Origin: Parcubacteria group bacterium
Lineage (GTDB): Bacteria > Patescibacteriota > Minisyncoccia > Phycocordibacterales > UBA2135
Direction of reading: 5' to 3'
NCBI GenBank assembly: GCA_016204045.1
Contig: JACQLQ010000004.1
Span: 230,927 to 268,591, forward strand
Length of the DNA stretch: 37,665 nucleotides
In this document: positions 8,285-17,203 of the stretch, one piece after another
Position numbering within the stretch: the first letter of the stretch is position 1
How the letters are laid out: each line of letters begins with the position of its first letter
Position numbers and translations under genes: made by a program
Notes under the pieces: generated by a model
Databases searched by the model: none
What the model saw: the letters and a program-made list of their open reading frames with translations, nothing else
Told to the model about the DNA's origin: nothing

Positions 8285-9526
8285 TTAACCGATAAGTTTC
8301 ACTATTTTGTCGACCGAACTGACGTCGAGATGGGAATTATCGTAATATTTTTGCATTTCCCCTCTTTTAAAATTCATTAGCGCTTCTTTAAGAGCACTCT
8401 CTGTCTTAATGATGCGGTCGATATTGAAATGCTCCCCCGTCTTATCGAGGGCCGAGAACTCCGACAAGTTAACAAAGATTGCCGGAATGCCACTCGCTAA
8501 TACCATGTTATTAACGCTTGTGGAGGGCTCTCCTACATATATATCGGAAAGACAGATAAGTTCATCTGTTCTTGCCTCCTCCCCGAAAGATAATTGTACA
8601 CCTAATGCCTCATAGGGTTTATAAATTTCTTCCATGCTGTTCTCCGTAGGATGCATCCTCAATACAATATCGGCCGTATTCTCTGGAAAAACATCCCGTA
8701 TCGTTTTGAACAGGTAGTAATAATGCTCGACATGTTCCTCGACGGTCATCTTGTATTCTTTCGGTGGCGACAGGTAGAAGCGGTATAAAATGACTACAAT
8801 CTTTTTTTTGTTTTCTTTGAGACCATACTTCTCTAGCAACCGCTTTTTAAATATCGGATCAGAATCAATCTTTTGTTTTAATTCTCGTATAAGCTGAAAA
8901 TCGGGGGACCCAACGACATGTATGGTGTCCGGAGCATACCCTCTGTGTAGATATAAATCCGCTTTTGCCTTAGTAAAAACAATTATCTTTTTAGGCACCC
9001 CGGGCGTAAATCCGTATCTTGGTTCCTTGTGGAAAAGATCGAGCAAACCAGAAACCATTTGTACCGTGAAAAAATATAACCTCTTAAGGATACGCTTCGG
9101 GGCCGGGAAGCGCTCTACGAAACTTGCGTCCGATGACCATTGGAGCACAATGGTCTCTATGCCTAGCTTATTCGCTTCTTTGTATATCGTATCGAAAGCA
9201 TACCCTGATTTGTGGGCAATGATTTTTTGAGGTTTAACCCTCTTCAAGAATTCCCTACATGCATGAGCGTGAACATATCGTTCCCTAAGGGGGGTTACAA
9301 ACGGTATATGCTTCTTTCTTGGGTCAGGTAGTCCTTCTTCAAGAATATGGAATGCATGGTTCTTGTGCTCCGCGTATGAGATCATCTCTTTTCGACGAGC
9401 GCTGTCTCTGCCTATGAAGAGAAAGCCAATAGTATAGCTACCGCTAAGATGCGGAATAAAACGCTCAAAGTATTTGAGCGGGGCTATATAGGGAGGTATG
9501 AAAAGGATTTTTTCTTTCATGGACAT
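8285..9526 (-). CDS. Uncharacterised soluble GT-B-like transferase (TagF / KpsS / bacterial sialyltransferase-like C-terminal half)
   Basis: 413 aa with no TM segment. IVLRMHPTEN is followed about 40 aa later by YVGEPSTSVNNMVLASGIPAIFVN. This is the HP ... S-T arrangement seen in CDP-polyol phosphotransferases and CMP-sugar transferases. An EEG tripeptide (HILEEGL) lies near the N-terminus. The assignment is by motif memory only. Confidence 0.4.
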   Translation of the reverse strand: MSMKEKILFIPPYIAPLKYFERFIPHLSGSYTIGFLFIGRDSARRKEMISYAEHKNHAFHILEEGLPDPRKKHIPFVTPLRERYVHAHACREFLKRVKPQKIIAHKSGYAFDTIYKEANKLGIETIVLQWSSDASFVERFPAPKRILKRLYFFTVQMVSGLLDLFHKEPRYGFTPGVPKKIIVFTKAKADLYLHRGYAPDTIHVVGSPDFQLIRELKQKIDSDPIFKKRLLEKYGLKENKKKIVVILYRFYLSPPKEYKMTVEEHVEHYYYLFKTIRDVFPENTADIVLRMHPTENSMEEIYKPYEALGVQLSFGEEARTDELICLSDIYVGEPSTSVNNMVLASGIPAIFVNLSEFSALDKTGEHFNIDRIIKTESALKEALMNFKRGEMQKYYDNSHLDVSSVDKIVKLIG

Positions 9527-9544
9527 GTCTCTCTAGCACTACAA

Positions 9545-10681
9545 CTATTTTAACTGCCCCTCTTTCAATTCGAAAAGCACCGTCTTCAAAAATGCACCGG
9601 GGCGCAAAGACAAAAAGGCATCACGCGCCATCTTTTGCCTCTTCTTGTACTCCTCGTCACTCAACGAGTTATAAAAGTTTACGATCGTAGACTCAAGGTC
9701 CTTCATGCGACTATGATCAACGGACAGAACAAACTTGCTGTAATCGATATGCTTAGCAAGTGGGAATACATAATCAGTATCGACAAGGACGGGCATGCGC
9801 CCGAGTGATAGTGCCTCAAAAAATCTTGTGGATGTATTCCCCATCCCCTTCGGGGCAAGCACGAAATCAGATTCTAAAATACTCTGTACGTACGACTGCT
9901 CAACGTCTTTGGCGTTTATCACATCTCTCCCGTCGCGACCCCCTTTAGAAAAGAAAGATTTTCTCATAAAAAAATCTGTTTTGAGAAGAGAGGACTTTGC
10001 CAACGTTTCAATAGCTTTCCTCCTAAAATAAATGCCTGGCTTGTGCAGATCAGCGTGTTTGTCAAAAAAAAGATGTTTTTTTAGGTCGGAAAAAAGTACC
10101 CTACAGGCATAGGTACATTTGCGATAGAGACTGGGGAAATCAGCCCAACCATAAAAGCTGACCGTCGGTTTCTCTCGCTTGTGTCTGAGAATAAGGTTTT
10201 CCCAGGTTTTCCTTCTATACTCTTCGAGTCCGCTTGTTTTAAAAATTGGCAAATAGGGTGGCGCAATTATTTCATTCTCTCTTTTCTTGTACTTATACTG
10301 GGAATACCTGATCACGAAAGAGTGCGGAACATCAATATGCCCATCTGAATCACCCATTGCAAAAACGAGTATCTTCTTGCCGTGTGTTTTGGCAAGAGTA
10401 ACAAATTCGGAAACAAGTTGGAGATTACCTGTTTTCTCTAAAAAATTATAATCGTGTGGCAAAAGAAGAAAGTCGGCTTCTTGTGGGTCAGAGGTACTAC
10501 GCAAAAAATCAAGCGGGACGTCACCACTTGCCCCTTGGAAAAGATTCCAAAGACTGTTTTTGACATCTTTTTTCTGTAGAAAGCTCTCTAAAAAAAATGG
10601 AACCGGAACATCATTCAAGACGGCTCCTGTATAGAGCGCGACAGAGTCTTTGTCTTTACCTTCTTGTCCGGGGGTGTACAT
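9545..10681 (-). CDS. Exostosin-like (GT47-type) glycosyltransferase
   Basis: 378 aa. Contains EADFLLLPHDYN, then DFVLAPKGMGNTSTRFFEALSLGRMPVLVDTDYVFPLAKHIDYSKFVLSV, which matches the exostosin C-terminal signature (F-x-L-x-P-x-G ... S-x-R-x-x-E-A-L ... PV). Confidence 0.65.
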   Translation of the reverse strand: MYTPGQEGKDKDSVALYTGAVLNDVPVPFFLESFLQKKDVKNSLWNLFQGASGDVPLDFLRSTSDPQEADFLLLPHDYNFLEKTGNLQLVSEFVTLAKTHGKKILVFAMGDSDGHIDVPHSFVIRYSQYKYKKRENEIIAPPYLPIFKTSGLEEYRRKTWENLILRHKREKPTVSFYGWADFPSLYRKCTYACRVLFSDLKKHLFFDKHADLHKPGIYFRRKAIETLAKSSLLKTDFFMRKSFFSKGGRDGRDVINAKDVEQSYVQSILESDFVLAPKGMGNTSTRFFEALSLGRMPVLVDTDYVFPLAKHIDYSKFVLSVDHSRMKDLESTIVNFYNSLSDEEYKKRQKMARDAFLSLRPGAFLKTVLFELKEGQLK

Positions 10682-10690
10682 GCGGGGGTC

Positions 10691-12232
10691 TTATGACTGA
10701 AATCCAGAATGTAATTCATTGTAATAACCTTCGGTAACAATACGGATGTTCTCTTCATCGCTTATCTCTCTTCCTTTATTTATACCCCGGCGGTAATGAC
10801 CAACGACGCTTATTTTTTCGAGTGCCGCCAGAAAATCGATAATTCCTTGCTCGTTGGGGATAAAACCATGAGCGATCTTTTTAAATGCCTCTCTGCAATC
10901 AGAGACATTAGAGACTCGAAACACTTCGTCGTAATGCATAAACCATGTATAGCCGAACAAGAGCAGTGGCTTTTGGCGCAAAATCGCCTCGAGACCTGCT
11001 GTGCTCGTCACTGTCGCAACGGCCTCCGACTTCTGTATCAGATCAAATGTTGATGTTTCGACAGGGAGAAACACCACATTAGGAAGTTTTAAGATTTCTT
11101 GATAATACCCTTCGTATCTCCCGAGATGCGCGCGGGTGAGCTTCCACTGGGCATTATATTCTTTTACATAGATAACCCAATCCCGCGGAAGTGCTTTCGA
11201 CAACATCTCTATCATCAAGATTTGATCGACAAAAACACCACCCTCCGAGCTTGTCGAGCGTTCGGGTTGAAAATGAAGTGGCACATAAACAAATTTCTTT
11301 GAAAAATCTGGGGGCATCACTAAAGACTCGTACTCTCTTTGAAACGCCCTTCTTTTTCGAGCCCATTTGAGAAATTGTATTTTTAATCCGAGACCTGTAT
11401 AGGAGAGTCCATCAATGCTCAAAAGCACCCTCCTCCTAAAAAGCACCCACAAGTAACCCGCTGTGGTCTTGAAGAAGGTGAGGTGCTCAATGTTTCTCAC
11501 GACAGATCCGAGACTCGGGAAAAAACGCATTGCCTGTTCAATTCTGTCGTAACTGTTGTTGCGTATATAGACGGGGCGGGGGTCAAGTTTGAGACTTCGC
11601 TGGCTTTTGTAGCACTCTTGGAAATCGGGACCGAGATCATGAAGTGAGAACTTCTTTTTCTTGACATCTCCGTACGCAGACACTAGCTTTGAATAATTCA
11701 TGAAATCATCGTAGAAGATAAGCCGATCAGTGACGCCTCGGAGTGGCGATTGCATGATGGTTTTTATGTTCATCTTCTTGGCAAGACAATACAGCACATA
11801 TGCATGCGCCAGGTGAGGAATATCGTGAAAGAGAACCGCGTCCGGTTTGTAGTGTCGTAACACTCCGCTCCAGTACGAGAGGTACTCGTAATAGAGGTGC
11901 TTCTTCCTCGCCAAGGGAATGCCTGTATAGTCGATGCTGTTCATCATAATCAAAACCTGTGATTCGCACGGAAGCATCTCCTCGATTAATTCTTTACTCG
12001 GAGGTTCAAAAAGTTCAGTAGAAACTCCTGACGCTGGAACTCCACGTACAGCATCAAACGTAGTGTGAAAAATAGTGTTTGGAAACGCATCTCTGTCCTC
12101 GCAGGCCTTAGCGAAGTAGGGCTTCTCCCCCACCCAATAGACAATATCCAAACCTCGCCCTTTAAGTTCGTAGGCGCTTTTTACTAGCTGTTCAGTAATG
12201 AAGTCGATTAGAAAAATTTTCATATATCTCAT
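10691..12232 (-). CDS. Capsule-polysaccharide-biosynthesis type GT-B transferase (KpsS/KpsC-like, Capsule_synth)
   Basis: 513 aa. VYVPLHFQPERSTS and SEAVATVTSTAGLEAILRQKPLL resemble E. coli KpsS segments LAVLQVYNDSQI and AVVTINSTAGISALIHNKPL (recalled, not searched). ATGA start/stop overlap with the ABC exporter gene. Confidence 0.5.
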   Translation of the reverse strand: MRYMKIFLIDFITEQLVKSAYELKGRGLDIVYWVGEKPYFAKACEDRDAFPNTIFHTTFDAVRGVPASGVSTELFEPPSKELIEEMLPCESQVLIMMNSIDYTGIPLARKKHLYYEYLSYWSGVLRHYKPDAVLFHDIPHLAHAYVLYCLAKKMNIKTIMQSPLRGVTDRLIFYDDFMNYSKLVSAYGDVKKKKFSLHDLGPDFQECYKSQRSLKLDPRPVYIRNNSYDRIEQAMRFFPSLGSVVRNIEHLTFFKTTAGYLWVLFRRRVLLSIDGLSYTGLGLKIQFLKWARKRRAFQREYESLVMPPDFSKKFVYVPLHFQPERSTSSEGGVFVDQILMIEMLSKALPRDWVIYVKEYNAQWKLTRAHLGRYEGYYQEILKLPNVVFLPVETSTFDLIQKSEAVATVTSTAGLEAILRQKPLLLFGYTWFMHYDEVFRVSNVSDCREAFKKIAHGFIPNEQGIIDFLAALEKISVVGHYRRGINKGREISDEENIRIVTEGYYNELHSGFQS

Positions 12233-14016
12233 TCTCGTATGTTGTACATTTTGTAGAAATACGCCTGCTCATTGGCCAACAAATCTTTTGGCTTTCCCTT
12301 TTCGATGATCTCTCCGCGATCAAGAACAAGGAGTTCGTCGCAATTCATCACTGTTCCAAGCCGGTGCGCAATGACTAAAACTGTTATTTTGCCCTTAAGG
12401 TTCTCAATGACTTCTTGGATCTTTTTCTCCGATTCATTATCCAGAGCGCTTGTCGCCTCGTCCAAGATCAAAAAGCGGGGGTTCCGAGCAAGTACGCGTG
12501 CGATAACAATTCTTTGCCGTTGGCCAGCAGAAAACTGAACTCCACGTTCACCCACTATCGAATCAAAACCATTAGGCAAGGATGTGATTGTATCTTGGAT
12601 GTTTGCTTGCTTCGCCGCCTCTTGAATCTTCGCATCGGTTATCGCGTCATCAAAAAAACGTATATTGTTCGCAACTGTATCGTTTATGAGATGCAGATCT
12701 TGAGAGACATATCCTACTTTTTTCCTAAACTCGTGTAAGTCAATCTCGGAAATTGAAATACCGTCTACAAGAATATCTCCTGAATTGGGCTTAAAGAGGC
12801 GGAGCACAAGATCAACAATTGTGGTCTTGCCGGCACCAGAGGGACCGATGAGCCCGATAAATGAACCCTTCGCGATCTGGAAGGAAATGTTTGAAAGAAC
12901 ATTCTTGTCCGCTTTATAACCAAAAGAGATGTTGTTGAAAGAAAATGTTTTCTCAAAGCGAAACGGCTTACTGCCTTCATCCTGTTCTTGGTTTTGGACT
13001 ACATGTTCTTGATACGAAAGCACATTCTCAAGGTACGGGAGCATGCCAAAGATGGTCTGGGTATGGGTCTGGAATCCATGCACCTGAGTGAAGATTCTCT
13101 GTATCAGATACACAATTGCTATAAAAGCGGGGAGACTAAACGTACTCGTCTTATAGGAAACAGCAAAGAGTACTAGGACAAAGACCACACCGAACGGCTG
13201 GAAAAAAGACCCAAAAGCATTACTCAAAAGAGAGCGCCTAATCTGTAAAAGGCGCAATGCTTCAAAATTCGATTCTCCCACGAGAGAGACGGGGCTCGTT
13301 ACAGACATCGCTTTGATCGTCTTCATGCCAAGCACATTCTCATTAACAAAGTGCGCTATGTCACGCCCCCTTGAGGCAACTTCTCGAGTTATCTTGCGTA
13401 TCTTGTTGATAAGCGGCTGGAATACAATCATGACGACAATGCCTGTGGCCAGGGCAATCGAAGTAGTTTGAATGGATATATTGAATGCAATTGCGAGGAA
13501 AACAAGTAAGCTCGTCAGAATAAGCACGAGGGAGCTCACTGTCTCCAAAAGACGCATCACGTATCTCACCTCAACTGAAAGTATCTTTTCCAAGTGACCG
13601 ATTTTTTGGTTGAGCAAGTACCCCCATGTCGAGCGAAGGGACTTTTCAAAAAGTTCTGTGCGGACTCTTTTTTCATACCCATACGCTATCTTGTATTGTA
13701 TGTACGAACCAATAAATAAGACCATTGCCTTTAAGATAAAAAGCGCGGCAATGAAAAAGAGCAGATACGTTAATGTGAAATCGACTCCGACAAAACCAAA
13801 GACACGCTCAATTGACCTTGAGACAAAATCTTCCCCACCTGCCCCATCTCCAGTAATAAAAGAGAAGAGGGGTATCAAAGCGTTCGCCCCCACACCCTCA
13901 AGGAGGCCGCTTAAAAAACCGACTAGTGTCAGGACCGCAATCTGTTTTTTGTAGGGCCCAAACCCTCGCTTGAGCAGACTGATGTTGTGTAAGAAACTTT
14001 TAAAAAGTTTTTTCAT
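12229..14016 (-). CDS. ABC exporter, fused TMD-NBD half-transporter (MsbA/PglK-like)
   Basis: 595 aa. The N-terminal half has about 6 hydrophobic helices. Walker A is GLIGPSGAGKTT, the signature is FSAGQRQRIVIARVL, and Walker B is FLILDEATSALD, followed by H-loop VIAHRL. Confidence 0.9.
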   Translation of the reverse strand: MKKLFKSFLHNISLLKRGFGPYKKQIAVLTLVGFLSGLLEGVGANALIPLFSFITGDGAGGEDFVSRSIERVFGFVGVDFTLTYLLFFIAALFILKAMVLFIGSYIQYKIAYGYEKRVRTELFEKSLRSTWGYLLNQKIGHLEKILSVEVRYVMRLLETVSSLVLILTSLLVFLAIAFNISIQTTSIALATGIVVMIVFQPLINKIRKITREVASRGRDIAHFVNENVLGMKTIKAMSVTSPVSLVGESNFEALRLLQIRRSLLSNAFGSFFQPFGVVFVLVLFAVSYKTSTFSLPAFIAIVYLIQRIFTQVHGFQTHTQTIFGMLPYLENVLSYQEHVVQNQEQDEGSKPFRFEKTFSFNNISFGYKADKNVLSNISFQIAKGSFIGLIGPSGAGKTTIVDLVLRLFKPNSGDILVDGISISEIDLHEFRKKVGYVSQDLHLINDTVANNIRFFDDAITDAKIQEAAKQANIQDTITSLPNGFDSIVGERGVQFSAGQRQRIVIARVLARNPRFLILDEATSALDNESEKKIQEVIENLKGKITVLVIAHRLGTVMNCDELLVLDRGEIIEKGKPKDLLANEQAYFYKMYNIRE

Positions 14017-14027
14017 AATGACACGTG

Positions 14028-15413
14028 TTATGCGCGGGCGTCACCTACTATTTTTCGTATAACATCAATGATTCTGTCTGAGGATTTGCCATCAACCTTA
14101 AAACAGAGCTGTTCGAGCAGCCTCTTTCTTTCCTCTCTTTTTCGCGCAGGGTCAAGGAGGTAGAGGTTCAGACTTTCCTTAAGAGCCTCTTCTGATTTCA
14201 CTACGTCAACACCCCCGGCGGCCATGACCCATCGGTAATGATCTGAATCGTACCAAATGCTTGAGATATCTTCCCCTGTTTTCGGATGAAGGAGGATCTT
14301 GAACGCCACATTAATCAGGGGTTTATCAAAACAAACCCCGTCTAACGTAAGTGTTGAAGCAACCGCGACCAGCGCATCACAGTGGTGAAGCAAATTGGTG
14401 AATTTCTTCGTTTCAGAAACATTAGGATCCCATGGCTTCAGAAAATCCGACGTTGTAAAATTGTCGTCTACTATCACGTTCGAACCCTTGAACTCATCGA
14501 ACCTACCACGATCTTTCTCTGAAAAGTGGGGTCGGATTATTAATGCACATTTTTCCCCAAGCATGTCGTTCTTTACCCAGTGAGAAAGCAAGGAGACGAT
14601 ATGCTGATCGTCGCCTGACCACGCCCCTTCTGAACCATAAAAGATAATCTTCCTCTCTGGATCGACGCCATAGGAATGGCAGAACTCATCACGACTCACT
14701 AGTATCTCTGGCCTTCGATACCAATCAAACTGCGGGAAACCGGAAACGGAGATTTGAGCAGGATCAATTCTCTGGACACGAGCAACCTCTCTCTTCATGA
14801 TCTCGTTTTGCACGACCAGATGGTCGGGGACGAACCGATACAGTTGCATGGTCACATTGTCCCAGCTTTTAGGCATAGACACTGTCGGGACTCCTCGCCG
14901 CTCCGCTTCCTTCATCATACTTATATCGAGTTTCCCCATTACCGATGTGGAAAAAACTAAATCCGGTTTGTGGGTATCAAAATACTTACCGTACGCAGAA
15001 GCTGGAAATACTTTTTTTTCCAAAAAACGGGTGACTGTTTTCAGAAAATGGAACTTACTCAATGTCCCGTAGAAGAAAAGGTCAAAATACTTCCAGTACT
15101 GAGCCTTTTGCAGCCGCTTAAGATTAATTTGGCTATACACCCACGATGACCCACTGTAGACCAAAAAACTTGTCTGCCACGAGAAAAAGGAATACCCCCG
15201 AATGTGGATATCTGGAGCCCCCTCAAGAATGACGTGTTCATCTTCAAATTCTTTACGAAGATAATCGGCGACTTCTCCGTTCTGGGACGGAAAGAAAATA
15301 ACAATCTTGTATCCCGCCTTCTTAAGGCCGTCGAGGACGCCACTGCGCAAAATACCGCGGGCAAGAAACCCACGTGTAATAACAATGAAAATGGTTTTGA
15401 GCTTCTTTGCCAT
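14028..15413 (-). CDS. Uncharacterised GT-B-like protein, paralogue A (partner at 26954..28312)
   Basis: 461 aa. Shares with the 452-aa partner the blocks KTIFI, KPDLVF, MPKSWDNV, G-x-PQFD-x-Y, SR-x-EFC, KII-x-YGS, RPH, ASTL-x-LD and DGKS. I recognise no Pfam-level family with confidence. Confidence 0.35.
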   Translation of the reverse strand: MAKKLKTIFIVITRGFLARGILRSGVLDGLKKAGYKIVIFFPSQNGEVADYLRKEFEDEHVILEGAPDIHIRGYSFFSWQTSFLVYSGSSWVYSQINLKRLQKAQYWKYFDLFFYGTLSKFHFLKTVTRFLEKKVFPASAYGKYFDTHKPDLVFSTSVMGKLDISMMKEAERRGVPTVSMPKSWDNVTMQLYRFVPDHLVVQNEIMKREVARVQRIDPAQISVSGFPQFDWYRRPEILVSRDEFCHSYGVDPERKIIFYGSEGAWSGDDQHIVSLLSHWVKNDMLGEKCALIIRPHFSEKDRGRFDEFKGSNVIVDDNFTTSDFLKPWDPNVSETKKFTNLLHHCDALVAVASTLTLDGVCFDKPLINVAFKILLHPKTGEDISSIWYDSDHYRWVMAAGGVDVVKSEEALKESLNLYLLDPARKREERKRLLEQLCFKVDGKSSDRIIDVIRKIVGDARA

Positions 15414-16361
15414 TTATTTTTTTTGCAAGACAACAAAAATATACCCCCCTTCTTTCAAATCTTTTTCTGTCTCTTGATCGTAGACCGGCTTCAATATCTC
15501 GTAGAGAATATCCACCCATTTTTCTTTGTATTTTTTTCTTTCCTCAGCACTGAAAGAGTTTGCCATATCGATCAAGACCGGTGAAAGCGGGCGGAGACCA
15601 ATGTCCCACATGGTGAGGAAGAGCTTCGAATAGCAATATTGGTGGTGGACAAGCTTAAAGTTGTACTGCGTGGCCATCTCCTGCAATTCTTTGAGATCAG
15701 TCTGCCACAAATGCGACTCTATCCTGTTGCGATTGAGTTTCCTCAAGGTCTGTTCGTATCCGGGATAATTTTCGGGATGATATGAAATACAAAACTTTGT
15801 GAAATTCTTCGTCTGTAAAAACAAAAACGCCTTGCCGTCCTTCTTTAAAATGCGATGGAGCTCACGAAAAGAGTGATGCTTGTCAGAAAGCCAGTACAAG
15901 ACGTTTGAAATGACGGATCCGAGCGACTCCGACTCAATGGGCCATGCCTTGTTTCCATCTGCGGTGATGAGTTTCTCATACACTCCAAGAAACTCGGCTT
16001 GCTTAAGCAGGTTCTCTTTGTGGTCGAGGGCAAAATCAATAACTTGGTCGGGCTTCTTTATAATGTACTCCGGCTTCCCTGGGTTAGAAAACGAGTCGTA
16101 AATATCAACTCCCTGGTGAAAGGCGTCGAGACTACCGGCGTTGGTGAAAAAATCGTATTCGGGCGAGATTACGCCACCCATAGACACAAAACTCAAAAGC
16201 CCGTTCCCCGCCCCAAAATCAAGTGACGGGGATGTGAGCTTGTGCGGACCTTTTTGATACGCACTGTCCTGATACGCACACCACAATGCGTTTTCAGGCC
16301 GTAGCCAAAAAACTTCTAGGAATTTTCTAAGCATGTCTTTTTCTTTAATATCTTTTTTCAT
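15414..16361 (-). CDS. Class I SAM-dependent methyltransferase (putative)
   Basis: 315 aa. SLDFGAGNGLLSF is a motif-I-like G-x-G-x-G, and LKKDGKAFLFL follows later. Its stop abuts the start of the next gene. Confidence 0.55.
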   Translation of the reverse strand: MKKDIKEKDMLRKFLEVFWLRPENALWCAYQDSAYQKGPHKLTSPSLDFGAGNGLLSFVSMGGVISPEYDFFTNAGSLDAFHQGVDIYDSFSNPGKPEYIIKKPDQVIDFALDHKENLLKQAEFLGVYEKLITADGNKAWPIESESLGSVISNVLYWLSDKHHSFRELHRILKKDGKAFLFLQTKNFTKFCISYHPENYPGYEQTLRKLNRNRIESHLWQTDLKELQEMATQYNFKLVHHQYCYSKLFLTMWDIGLRPLSPVLIDMANSFSAEERKKYKEKWVDILYEILKPVYDQETEKDLKEGGYIFVVLQKK

Positions 16362-16371
16362 GGTGTTTACT

Positions 16372-17151
16372 CTACCCTAATGCTATTAAACGCGGGTCTG
16401 AAGGCCGCTCCTCAAGATACTTGGAAAGTATGCCGCTCTCAAGAATTTCGTAATACTTTTTCAATACCCCTTCGTTGAAATCAATCTTTTTGTAAAACTT
16501 GTCCTCTCCACCCGCCCACTGCTTCGTCCTTTGAAGCGCTTTGCCGCTCTCGAGTGTTTCCAGGATCGCGAGGAGGGCTTTGCCTCCTTCCACAATCGTC
16601 TTGCATCCGAGTGTGTGCACAGTATCTTCTGGGGCTATCTGGGGACGAACGTGTGCAATGATATCCCCGGAATCTATCCCTGCGTCAATGTGAAGTAAGG
16701 TGGCGCCTACATACTGGGGCTCTTTATTAACAATAGGCCAGAAGTTAGTTCCCGATCCTCGGTAGTAGGGGGAAAGACCGAGGTGCATGTTTATGAACTT
16801 CCCTGACGGAATGAGCGAGAGGAGGGGCTCTTTCAAGATCCAAGATCCGAATACGAATGCCGCATCAGGACGAAATCTCTTCACCGCCTCATACACAAAA
16901 GGTGTGTTAACTTCTTTGTGAAGTATCGGGAGTGTGGGAGCATGAAATGTTTCGTGCTCACCAAAAAATTTCTGCTCTGTTTCAAGTCGTAAAGCAAAAT
17001 GCTTCTTCACGAGAGCGCTCTCCTCCGAAGGGACTACGCCATCGTAGGATTTGCACTCGGACACTACAAGACATTCGGAAGCGCTCTTTGCAAGCGTATT
17101 AGCTATATATTTATGCCTTAAGGCATTACTTGTGAATACAACAATCCTCAT
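16372..17151 (-). CDS. Formyltransferase (Formyl_trans_N; sugar or amine N-formyltransferase candidate)
   Basis: 259 aa. FINMHLGLSPYYRGSGTNFW supplies the Asn-x-His and the S-x-x-RG of the formyl_trans fold, and HIDAGIDSGDII supplies the catalytic Asp. Confidence 0.75.
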   Translation of the reverse strand: MRIVVFTSNALRHKYIANTLAKSASECLVVSECKSYDGVVPSEESALVKKHFALRLETEQKFFGEHETFHAPTLPILHKEVNTPFVYEAVKRFRPDAAFVFGSWILKEPLLSLIPSGKFINMHLGLSPYYRGSGTNFWPIVNKEPQYVGATLLHIDAGIDSGDIIAHVRPQIAPEDTVHTLGCKTIVEGGKALLAILETLESGKALQRTKQWAGGEDKFYKKIDFNEGVLKKYYEILESGILSKYLEERPSDPRLIALG

Positions 17152-17180
17152 AAATATAGATACTTAAACCCGAAAAAGCA

Positions 17181-17203
17181 GGAAAAGGTCTTTAGACCTT
17201 TTC
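17181..17203 (-). terminator. Intra-operon hairpin overlapping the deacetylase stop codon (partial terminator or RNA-stability/processing element)
   Basis: The minus strand reads GGAAAAGGTCT-AA-AGACCTTTTCC followed by TGCTTTTTCGGG. The stem contains the last codons and the TAA of the CE4 gene. The next gene starts 40 nt later with no recognisable SD. Confidence 0.4.

Noticed and set aside
10060-10085. A8/T8 homopolymer runs (also near 1184, 2118 and 8800) as possible phase-variation switches
   Set aside because: The runs are 8 nt or shorter, are A/T only, and simply encode Lys/Phe stretches in A+T-rich genes. I saw no G or C tract of 7 nt or more and no tandem short repeats in any transferase gene.
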